A stretch of 64,000 bases of DNA from Spirochaetota bacterium (GCA_043803405.1 JAZDKB010000015.1:32001-96000), one strand, 5' to 3'; shown: positions 10,570 through 18,688, counted from the stretch's first letter. Notes: a model not told the origin generated them from the letters alone. Numbers and translations are program-made.

Positions 10570-10682
10570 AAGTATATTACCTGCTATTGTATTCCCTTTG
10601 CAGAAAAGAATTAACAATCCCGATGAATGTATTAGTAGAAAAGCATTATTGCTTTATCACACACTCGCCGGTCGGGCTTAAA

Positions 10683-10839
10683 TGAACCTCCTGTCCACTT
10701 CTGACACCAGGACATCCTTGTCTGTCTGTCAGATGCAAACGGACCTCCGTGTATCAGCTATAAACGCGACTTCCTGTCGCATAGCCGGTATTAGTACATC
10801 CTGTACGTCACCGCACCCGACACTAAGGCATCCATGCCT
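10683..10839 (-). repeat. GGA-loop hairpin array A (six modules), candidate CsrB-like sRNA
   Basis: Minus strand AGGC-AUGGAU-GCCU, GUAC-AGGAU-GUAC, GCGAC-AGGAA-GUCGC, ACACGGAGGU, AGAC-AAGGAU-GUCC, UGGAC-AGGAG-GUUCA. Confidence 0.7.
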
Positions 10840-10870
10840 GTCGTCTCCCGGAATTTTTTTTACTAGCTGA

Positions 10871-11092
10871 AGAAAGTCTGTAGTCCGGGCAGTCGCAAGG
10901 GGAGTCTGGACAAAGAGCGGATCTACACTCTCTGTGACTTTGACAGACAATACGGATCATACCACGGTTACTAAAAGCGGAACCAGCAGCGCGTATTCAT
11001 CATTCAACACATTTGATATTGTCGGCGGCGGAGCAACGAGCGGAGAAACCAAATCGACTTATGTTGATGATGTGACTGTAGAAAGCCTTTAA
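10871..11092 (+). pseudogene. Start-less C-terminal fragment of a beta-rich (Ser/Thr-rich) protein
   Basis: Open frame GVWTKSGSTLSVTLTDNTDHTTVTKSGTSSAYSSFNTFDIVGGGATSGETKSTYVDDVTVESL*, bounded by TGA 10868-10870. No ATG or RBS. Confidence 0.5.
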
Positions 11093-11295
11093 TCGATGTC
11101 TTGAATAACCTGAATACTCAATAATCGGGTACAGGCTGGCGATATTCCCTCGTTTAAGCTTTCTCTTTTGCTGGGACGTAATCCTGCAGCGCATGTATTT
11201 AACGATCTTATTTTCTGCAAGCGCTGTAGCATTTATGTGATACAACGTCAGTTTAAGCCCGGTATGGCCCGCAATCCGGTCATGAGCTTTTTACC

Positions 11296-11324
11296 TTGAC
11301 ATTCGGCCTCTTAAGGGCTTTAAT
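11296..11324 (+). promoter_or_regulatory. sigma70-type promoter
   Basis: TTGACA-17 nt-TTTAAT upstream of the DUF4404-like gene. Confidence 0.55.
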
Positions 11325-11412
11325 TAAGTATATGAAGTCCGGAGCTGAAATTCATGTCGCAGTCCCTACATGGAAAACATGGAGTTAATCCGATTTGATG
11401 AGGAGATATTTT

Positions 11413-11745
11413 ATGATTAATGACACGATTTCGAATATAGAGAAGAGCATACGGAAATCTTCGACGCTCAATAAAAAGCAGAAGAAGGACCTTCATTATC
11501 AAATCACAAAGCTTAAAAAAGAAATATCGGTCCTGGCAAAGACCAATCCTGAACAGGCACAATCCATAGCCGGTTTTACACAGGTGTCGCTATATGAAGC
11601 CATTCGCGGTGAAAAAAATCCTGAACTCGCTAAGCTGTCATTCAACGGGCTTAAAGAATCGGTCCGCAGATTTGAAGTGACTCATCCACAGCTTGTGGCT
11701 GTTATTGACGGCATCATGGAACAATTAGCCGCTATGGGGATATGA
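11413..11745 (+). CDS. DUF4404-like small helical protein
   Basis: C-terminal ESVRRFEVTHPQLVAVIDGIMEQLAAMGI. Start moved to ATG 11413 behind the AGGAGA RBS. Confidence 0.75.
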   Translation: MINDTISNIEKSIRKSSTLNKKQKKDLHYQITKLKKEISVLAKTNPEQAQSIAGFTQVSLYEAIRGEKNPELAKLSFNGLKESVRRFEVTHPQLVAVIDGIMEQLAAMGI

Positions 11746-11893
11746 TAAAGCAGATTGCGGTGTCTGTCGATTTGTAAGAGACTGGTTTGAGGATAAATAG
11801 ATTGCTGAAAATTATCTGAAAAACCGGTATTTGTTGAAATATGTGTCAAAACATAGCCCAACCAGTGAACATATTATCATAAACTGTCAGATT

Positions 11894-11995
11894 GAAGCTT
11901 CAAGCTCACAGTTTGTAATCTCAAACTCCCATGCCGAAGCTTCAAGCTCTCAGTTTGTGATCTCGGACTCTCAGTTTCAAGCTTCGAATTTTAAG
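11894..11995. repeat. About 2.4 copies of a 42-bp tandem repeat
   Basis: Units begin at 11894, 11936 and 11978 (GAAGCTTCAAGCTCWCAGTTTGTRATCTC...). Confidence 0.7.
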
Positions 11996-12000
11996 TTGGG

Positions 12001-12022
12001 TAAAACGGACATCCTTGTCCTG
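12001..12022 (-). repeat. Solo GGA-loop hairpin module D
   Basis: Minus strand GGAC-AAGGAU-GUCC, flanked by the TAAAAC seen in the arrays. Confidence 0.55.
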
Positions 12023-12207
12023 CTAATTCCTTTGCGGCTAAAAAAGCCTTGAAATACTATACATCTTTTAAAAATAATTCATTTCTCCAAATAAAAAACA
12101 TTGCAAACTAAACCGGATTATTTCATCTTTTATCTTTTATTAATTATGGTATTAAAATCACATGATTAGTGATCCGGGAATGAATTTATAAATGTGAGAG
12201 GAAAGAT

Positions 12208-12729
12208 ATGGCTGTTACCAACATAAACAATGTGTTTCATTTAAAAGTTACGATTGAATGGGCAGGAAAGACAAGGGGCAATCCGTACAGAACCATAGCA
12301 ATACCGCAGAATGCTTCATTATATAATCTGGCAGAGGCTATAATTGATTCTTTCGATTTCGATTTTGACCATGCTTTTGGATTCTATAATAATTTAAAAG
12401 ACTGGTACAGGTCAATAGTCGGCTATGAACTCTTTACTGATATTGGAGAAGGAAGTAAATTTCCGGGCGTCAAAAAAACCAGATTATTAAAAGTCTTTAC
12501 GGAACTAAAAACTAAAATGCTGTTTATGTTCGATTACGGAGATGAATGGTGTTTTATTGTTCAACTGGTCAAAATAACGGATTTTGATAAAAATATCAAA
12601 TATCCTGTTATTACAGATTCTTTCGGCGATGCTCCGCCGCAGTACGATTATAACGACGAAGATTATGACGATGATGATTTTGATGACGACGAAATTGATT
12701 ATGACAATGAGAAAAAGCCGCAAAAATAA
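12208..12729 (+). CDS. pRiA4b ORF-3-like family protein with acidic tail
   Basis: RTIAIP...SLYNL..AI..SFDFDFDH, FDYGDEW, APPQY, followed by an Asp-rich tail. Confidence 0.8.
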   Translation: MAVTNINNVFHLKVTIEWAGKTRGNPYRTIAIPQNASLYNLAEAIIDSFDFDFDHAFGFYNNLKDWYRSIVGYELFTDIGEGSKFPGVKKTRLLKVFTELKTKMLFMFDYGDEWCFIVQLVKITDFDKNIKYPVITDSFGDAPPQYDYNDEDYDDDDFDDDEIDYDNEKKPQK

Positions 12730-12739
12730 AATATTGCTG

Positions 12740-12819
12740 CACCAGGGCATCCATGTCCGTCGGTCAGATGCAAACGCGCGTCCATGCGCTCATCTGACAC
12801 TAGGACATCCTGTCCGTCG
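12740..12819 (-). repeat. GGA-loop hairpin array B (three modules)
   Basis: Minus strand GGAC-AGGAU-GUCC, GCGC-AUGGAC-GCGC (inside GTCAGATG/CATCTGAC), GGAC-AUGGAU-GCCC. Shares CACCAGGRCATCCWTGTCYGTCKGTCAGATGCAAACG with 10705-10741. Confidence 0.75.
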
Positions 12820-13917
12820 CTAATAAACGAAAGCGGATTTAGTTATATGTATCATCTTTGTAATACTGCATTGTTCTCCTGCATCGTTTTTCATAACAAG
12901 TGAGAAATCATTAAACTCGCGATAGTAATTGAATTTAAACTGAAGATTCTTTTCCTCTGCCGGCAGGTCCCTTATAAGGCGGTCGTTAAAATATACTTGA
13001 ATTGTACGGTCCTTTGATTCATGCGGCAAAGATACATCAACATACAGAATGTTGTTGTATAATTCCGATTTTATCCGGCATTCAAGTTTTTTTGATATTA
13101 CATTCATTTTAAAATTCGATATCTCATGGCTTTTTAACACAAGGTATCGTTCAATAAGATGAAGATCGTCAAATCCGTAATTATTTCCAAGTATCGTGCT
13201 ATAAGCATATTTGTAGTTATCCCTGACGAGATTAAGCAGTTTTTTATTGAATAAACCATAAGGATATGCAAAAGAAATTACCTGTACCCCGAACATTGTT
13301 TCGAGAACTGTTTTCGAATGCGCAATTTCTTCCGTGATATTATCAATTGAAATACTATTCAAGTTCGGATGAGTAACCGTATGAGAACCGACCTCCCATC
13401 CTTCTTTTATCAGTTCACTTATCTGATCTTTGTTCATATACATTCTCGTCGGGTCGTTTTCTATCTTATCGGTTATTATAAACAGAATCCCTTTATATCC
13501 ATATTTTTTCATAATTGGATATGCATAATTATAGACGGACTCGTACCCGTCGTCAAAATTTATAAGCACAGGTTTTCTATTATTCCCGAGAATATTTCTT
13601 TCTGCCGGAGCCAGTACAACGGGAATATCCTTTGACAGGATGGTTTTGTAACCGGATGAATGCAGAAACTTTATCTGCTCTTCAAATTCAGCAGGAACAG
13701 TATTAATATAATTATCTTTTAATAACGGTGAAGGATTTATATGATGATAACAAATTACCGGAACATGTTCAAAATAGTGAATCTTTTTGGCCACCTGTTT
13801 GCCGCTGCAATTATGCAGAAGAAATACCGCAGAAAATATTCCTACGGACGAATATTTAAGAATCTTAACCGCAAAGACATGTACGGATATCTTAACCTTA
13901 TTTATCAGAGATTTCAT
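12820..13917 (-). CDS. Polysaccharide deacetylase (CE4/NodB), probable lipoprotein
   Basis: PVICYHHI, INFDDGY, GSHTVTHP, FAYPYG. N-terminal hydrophobic stretch ending in Cys. Confidence 0.9.
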   Translation of the reverse strand: MKSLINKVKISVHVFAVKILKYSSVGIFSAVFLLHNCSGKQVAKKIHYFEHVPVICYHHINPSPLLKDNYINTVPAEFEEQIKFLHSSGYKTILSKDIPVVLAPAERNILGNNRKPVLINFDDGYESVYNYAYPIMKKYGYKGILFIITDKIENDPTRMYMNKDQISELIKEGWEVGSHTVTHPNLNSISIDNITEEIAHSKTVLETMFGVQVISFAYPYGLFNKKLLNLVRDNYKYAYSTILGNNYGFDDLHLIERYLVLKSHEISNFKMNVISKKLECRIKSELYNNILYVDVSLPHESKDRTIQVYFNDRLIRDLPAEEKNLQFKFNYYREFNDFSLVMKNDAGEQCSITKMIHITKSAFVY

Positions 13918-14051
13918 TTTAATCCTCCTTCAAAATATTCATATCGCCTTGGGGCGTTATCATAACTAAACCCTCTTCCGTATTAGCGAAAGAAGGTCAG
14001 ATGTAACTCAGAATGCGAACTTTATATTCTGAAGAAGGGATGAATTGCTGA

Positions 14052-15536
14052 TTACAGTCTCAGCCGGATCCTGAATCTTTCAAGGACACCGGCGAAAAGC
14101 ACTACACTGAAAGCAAAGAATAACGATCGCCATAATCCCATGGAAGCACCCCAGCTATTGTAAAAGTCACTCCGGAAATAATACACATCCAGAAGCGTCA
14201 GTCCGTATATAAGCAGGTCGGACAGGATATATGCCATAAGGGCGTTGCGGCCAGCGTGTTCCATAATTTTTGTAACTTTATTTTCCTTTGAAACATCTGA
14301 AACAATATATATCAATACCCACGCCAATGCTGTAAATGCCGAACTCAGGAGGCCCCACGACGGAGTCGCACTAAGTTTGCTTATTATGAACATGGGATGC
14401 ATCTTGCTTAATGAATGCAGCATATAGCCTGCAGCGGCAAACCCTATGCCCAGCACGGCAGCGCGTGTTATGCGGCACCGGTGCGTTTTCTCATGTAAAT
14501 TTTCCGAGATCAGAATACCCAAAGCAGCGCCGGACAGGCAAATGGCAGAATGAGTTCCCAGGAAAGGACCAATGCTCACTATATTATTGATAAAGGAAAG
14601 GCCCTGGAACATGCCGGCTTTATCCGCGAAATACATACAGTATAATAATGCCGCAGCGCCAAGAATTCCCGCAGGCACTTTCTGAAAAAAAATATAAACA
14701 GCAGCGGACACAAAATACGCCCAGCCGATGAGCCCGATAATACCCCACCAGTGCGCCCTCATCTGCATAAGCCCGGCTCCGTTTTTACTGCTGTACGCAA
14801 AGGCCAGGAAAACAAGCAGCAGAACTCCCGTAATTCTGAAGATTTTAAGCACTTGACTCATCCAGGGGTAAGAACGCGGAAAGTCGATCCTGAACAGGAT
14901 AACTCCTGCTGCCATGAGAAAACTCCAGACGCGGTAATCAAAGAACCCGTTAAACCTGTCGATCGATTCTGCATTAACCATAAAAAAACCGATTAAAATA
15001 AGCAGAGCTGACCTCCTGGCTACATGCTCCCATATTTGCTGGACGCTCTCCCCGTTTTTAAGCCTCTTCCCAAGTGAGAAAGGCATAGACAGTCCCACTA
15101 TAAACAAAAATGCCGGGAATACCGCATCCGCTATGCTCATGCCGTCATGACCGTATTTTACATGCAGAAACATTTCCGGAGCACCTGCAATATTGTAAAC
15201 GTCATTCACAAATATCATTACAAGTATAACCAGGCCTCTGAGAATATCGACTGATCTCATCCGTTCAGAATTCATGACAGGATGTCCCTGCTTAGAGGAA
15301 TTATCATCAGGCTGCCCGGATTTATTTTCTTTTCTGTTTTTATTTAATATTTGATGCATTAAGTTTTTAATACTGATATGCCTGACTTTATCCAGGAAAA
15401 ACCGATTAAGCTGAGAATAATGTAATTGTAATGACTGAATCTTTTTATATAATTCCATTATTACAACTTTGATGTTATATTCGGGAACACTCATTTTTTT
15501 CAGCAAATTATTGTATTGCATAACATGTTTATTCAA
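14052..15536 (-). CDS. Multi-TM HGSNAT/DUF5009-like membrane acyltransferase; start uncertain (ATG 15275 likely)
   Basis: RMRSVDILRG..ILVMIFVN, ADAVFPAFLFIVG, WWGIIGLIGWAY, ISKLSATPSW, GRNALMAY. Confidence 0.82.
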   Translation of the reverse strand: MNKHVMQYNNLLKKMSVPEYNIKVVIMELYKKIQSLQLHYSQLNRFFLDKVRHISIKNLMHQILNKNRKENKSGQPDDNSSKQGHPVMNSERMRSVDILRGLVILVMIFVNDVYNIAGAPEMFLHVKYGHDGMSIADAVFPAFLFIVGLSMPFSLGKRLKNGESVQQIWEHVARRSALLILIGFFMVNAESIDRFNGFFDYRVWSFLMAAGVILFRIDFPRSYPWMSQVLKIFRITGVLLLVFLAFAYSSKNGAGLMQMRAHWWGIIGLIGWAYFVSAAVYIFFQKVPAGILGAAALLYCMYFADKAGMFQGLSFINNIVSIGPFLGTHSAICLSGAALGILISENLHEKTHRCRITRAAVLGIGFAAAGYMLHSLSKMHPMFIISKLSATPSWGLLSSAFTALAWVLIYIVSDVSKENKVTKIMEHAGRNALMAYILSDLLIYGLTLLDVYYFRSDFYNSWGASMGLWRSLFFAFSVVLFAGVLERFRIRLRL

Positions 15537-15669
15537 TTTGAACTAAATTTTAAACATCGGCGTTCTTATGACGTTCGTTTAATATATAAAAAATAATTCT
15601 AAACGGCAAATTTTATGGAAAAAAATAAAAAAAATTGTGAGATCGTAAAACGGGACAATAATAGTAGTG

Positions 15670-15757
15670 ACCGACATGATGTCGGTTATGCAGGCAAAGG
15701 CAGGATGCCGACAAGCCAGACATCCTGTCCTTCTTGGCATTTGCCACTTCCTGTGGC
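15670..15757. repeat. GGA-loop hairpin array C (mixed orientation)
   Basis: ACCGAC-ATGAT-GTCGGT and GGC-AGGAT-GCC read with the purine loop on plus. GAC-ATCCT-GTC and GCCAC-TTCCT-GTGGC carry GGA on minus. Confidence 0.65.
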
Positions 15758-15889
15758 GTTGCTGTACGCCGCTTCTTACTGGAATGAACTATACTAAAAG
15801 CAGTAAAATTAAAACTTCAGGATTTTTATAATTGGGATAAATGGCGCTCTTTAAAAACCTGATTAATAAATAGCAATTTTAGCAATACG

Positions 15890-16255
15890 TTATTTAACTA
15901 AAATAACTTTTTTGTAGGATCCTTTTATACTGCAATTTGCGGTAATAGAAATTTTATCGCCTTTTTTAAGAGGCTTTTCTATTTTATATTTAGCATTCTG
16001 AAACTTGGAATTTTCCTGCTTTTCAAACGATAAATCTGTTAATTTTACATTGTTTAATTCAATTACAACTGTTTTAACAAAATGCTTTGTAACATCTTTT
16101 GCCGGAGTTTTATCAATATCATGCATTATTTTGATATTAAGTTCTCCTGACTTCTGATTAACCTGTCCGTCAATACCGGATGGCGCATGAGCAAAGACCG
16201 GAACCTGAGCAAATACAAAAAGAAAAAAAGTACCGATAAGTAATAATTTTTTCAT
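15890..16255 (-). CDS. Secreted hypothetical protein with His/Cys motif
   Basis: Signal peptide ending VFA-HAP, then IMHD, KHFV, ANCSIKG. AGGAG RBS. Confidence 0.75.
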   Translation of the reverse strand: MKKLLLIGTFFLFVFAQVPVFAHAPSGIDGQVNQKSGELNIKIMHDIDKTPAKDVTKHFVKTVVIELNNVKLTDLSFEKQENSKFQNAKYKIEKPLKKGDKISITANCSIKGSYKKVILVK

Positions 16256-16384
16256 AAAAATTTCTCCTTTTAAAATTTAATTAATAATTTATAATTTAAA
16301 TTAATAATAATGTCAAGTTATTTCTAACAGAGTTCCCGACATACCTGATTCATCTGCCGGCAGCAGGAGGGAATATTTGCAGCG

Positions 16385-16852
16385 CTAAATATTAATCAAT
16401 TCAGGTATTAAATTCCACGCAACAGCCCAGGTCACTTTATTCGTCTGTTCAAGACATACAACGCCGGCCGGATGAAATATTACTATGTTGGCAGATTCGG
16501 AATCCGTAAGAAGCAAAGAAGCAAGTTTGCCAAGGAATGGAAGATGCCCCACAATCATCAGGTGTTCCGGTTTCTCTTTAAGAATATCCTCTTTAATTTT
16601 ATTTACGGAGTCATTCGGGGCAAGTCCTTCTTTTTCCGCTAACCCGTTTTTAGGTGAGAAAGCTTCGGAAATTAGTCCGGCAGTCTCCCTGGCGCGGAGT
16701 TTTGTACTGTGCCATATAATATCAACATTTATCTTTCCTTTTAAAAAATAGGCTACCTTTAAAACATCGGCTTTACCTTTTTCAGTTAGCGGCCGGTCTG
16801 GATCAAGCGTCTCAGGCACACACTCTCCATGCTGAACAAGATATAATCCCAT
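16385..16852 (-). CDS. sixA: Phosphohistidine phosphatase SixA
   Basis: LYLVQHG, DRPLTEKG, HSTKLRARETA, IVGHLP. Confidence 0.85.
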   Translation of the reverse strand: MGLYLVQHGECVPETLDPDRPLTEKGKADVLKVAYFLKGKINVDIIWHSTKLRARETAGLISEAFSPKNGLAEKEGLAPNDSVNKIKEDILKEKPEHLMIVGHLPFLGKLASLLLTDSESANIVIFHPAGVVCLEQTNKVTWAVAWNLIPELINI

Positions 16853-16973
16853 AATACCTCCGGCAATATTAATATATGTCTGATATCATAACTTATTATT
16901 TATTTTTTTCAATAACAATTTAAGCTTTCTTTACGGTCCGGTACAAACGGACATAATCATTTATTTATTATTT

Positions 16974-18002
16974 TTAATTTACTTTTACTTTGCCGGATAT
17001 AACGTTCATGTAGTCATCATAATTCTTTTTTAACAATGCCGGCGTATCCAGTCCGTACGGACATTGTGACTTGCACTGTCCGCATTCAACACAGTCTTCA
17101 ATCTTCTTCATCATTTCCTGCACTTCCGGAGTAAGCCAGTTTTCGGAGGGTGAACGTCTGAGTAATAATGACATTCTTGCAGCGTTATTGATTACAATTC
17201 CTGCCTGGCATGGCATGCAATAGCCGCATCCCCTGCAGAAATCTCCGGCAAGCTCCTGCCTGTCTTTTTCAATCAATGCCTTTCTTTTGCCGGTCAGCTG
17301 GGGGGGATTGTCAATATAGCTTAAAAATTCATCAAGTTCAGATTCCTTCTGTATACCCCATATTGGCAGTACGCCGTCGTACTGCGAAATAAAAGCATAC
17401 GCTGCCGAAGAATCCGTAATGAGACCGCCGGATAACGCTTTCATCGCTATAAATCCCATGTTTCTATGTCTGCATTTTTCCACGAGTTCAATTTCCTTTT
17501 CCGACGACAGATAACTGAACGGATACTGCAGGGTCTCATAAAGCCCTGAATCTATGCATTCGTGCGCAATACCCAGCTTATGATTTGTTAAGCCAATGTG
17601 TCTTATTTTGCCCTGCATTTTTGCCTCAAGCATACATTCGTACATTCCGGTTCCGTCTCCCGGCTTGTAGCAGACAGCCGGTATATGGAACTGGTAAATG
17701 TCAATATAATCTGTTTTCAGCATTTTCAAAGACGTCTCTATGTCTTTCCGGAATCCTTCCGGTGTGCCGGAAAAAGTCTTGGTAGCTATAATTATCTTTT
17801 CACGTATTCCCTCAAATGCCCGTCCTAATTTTTCCTCGCTGTCCGAGTATACACGTGAAGTATCGAAAAAAGTTATGCCTCCTTCGTATGCCTTTCTCAG
17901 AATTTTAACAGCCGCCTCCATATTAACTCGCTGTATAGGAAGAGCGCCGAATGCGTTGCGATCTGTCCTAATACCTGTACTGCCTAATGTGATTTGTGCC
18001 AT
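16974..18002 (-). CDS. Aldo/keto reductase with C-terminal 4Fe-4S dicluster
   Basis: GITFFDTSRVY, LKTDYIDIYQFH, CRGCGYCMPC...CVECGQCKSQCP. Start moved to ATG 18002 (AGGGG RBS). Confidence 0.9.
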   Translation of the reverse strand: MAQITLGSTGIRTDRNAFGALPIQRVNMEAAVKILRKAYEGGITFFDTSRVYSDSEEKLGRAFEGIREKIIIATKTFSGTPEGFRKDIETSLKMLKTDYIDIYQFHIPAVCYKPGDGTGMYECMLEAKMQGKIRHIGLTNHKLGIAHECIDSGLYETLQYPFSYLSSEKEIELVEKCRHRNMGFIAMKALSGGLITDSSAAYAFISQYDGVLPIWGIQKESELDEFLSYIDNPPQLTGKRKALIEKDRQELAGDFCRGCGYCMPCQAGIVINNAARMSLLLRRSPSENWLTPEVQEMMKKIEDCVECGQCKSQCPYGLDTPALLKKNYDDYMNVISGKVKVN

Positions 18003-18092
18003 AATTATATTCCCCTGATTTAGTATTGACAAAAATACTCTGACAGGCAAGATTTTTTTTAAAAAGATAAATGTGTCATGTATTTTATTTAG

Positions 18093-18147
18093 TTGACATA
18101 ATGCAGGCTCTTATTTACTATTGTAAATACAACCGTTGCATTTACAA
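18093..18147 (+). promoter_or_regulatory. sigma70 promoter with overlapping palindromic operator
   Basis: TTGACA(18093)-17-TACTAT, then TTGTAAATACAAC-C-GTTGCATTTACAA (13-bp inverted repeat, 1 mismatch). Confidence 0.6.
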
Positions 18148-18168
18148 CTAATCAGACAGAAAGAGGCC

Positions 18169-18627
18169 ATGTTCCGCAGCAACATAAAAATTTTTCCGCA
18201 GTTTCTTAAAAAGGTTTTATACGAATACGACTCGTCAAAGCTTGAACTTGACATCAATAAAACCCAGATAAATATCCTCATGCTTATTTATGAACATAGT
18301 GCTAAATCAATGTCCGAAATAAGTCTAATGACAGGACTGGAGAAAAGTTCCTTTACACGCTCTATCGATTACCTTGTAAAAAACGGATTTATAACAAGAA
18401 ATTCCCCGGTAAACGATAGAAGAAAAATCAAATTATCTCTTACCGGTAAAGGATTAAAAGCAGCAAAACTTATTAAAAAGGATTTTAATGCATATTTAGA
18501 TTCGTTAATATCATATTTTTCGGAAAAAGAGAAAGAAGAATTTTTTAATTCATTAACAACAGTTACTAAATATGTCAGTAAAATACTGGAAACCAATAAA
18601 AGACAATCAGTGCAAAAGATTAATTAA
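18169..18627 (+). CDS. MarR family transcriptional regulator
   Basis: wHTH with KSSFTRSIDYLVKNGFI..NDRRKIKLSLTGKG. ATG 18169 behind AGAGG. Confidence 0.9.
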   Translation: MFRSNIKIFPQFLKKVLYEYDSSKLELDINKTQINILMLIYEHSAKSMSEISLMTGLEKSSFTRSIDYLVKNGFITRNSPVNDRRKIKLSLTGKGLKAAKLIKKDFNAYLDSLISYFSEKEKEEFFNSLTTVTKYVSKILETNKRQSVQKIN

Positions 18628-18688
18628 GTGAGAAGGGAATCTGACAATACAGTCTGCAAAGAAAATATTATTTAATGGAGTAATCAAT

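Noticed and set aside
10683..10839. CRISPR array reading of the repeated hairpins
   Set aside because: Units are not identical direct repeats with unique, equal-length spacers, and there are no cas genes in the window.
10876..10948. Possible structured RNA (GTCTGT/ACAGAC and AGTCGCA..GGGGAGT/ACTCTC.TGTGACT stems)
   Set aside because: Pairing relies on many G-U pairs and the stretch is better explained as the protein fragment at 10871-11092.
12640..12710. GAY triplet repeat
   Set aside because: Simply encodes the acidic tail of the pRiA4b ORF-3-like protein.
9130..12819. Integron cassette array (small co-oriented genes separated by hairpins)
   Set aside because: No RYYYAAC...GTTRRRY attC boundaries found and no integrase.
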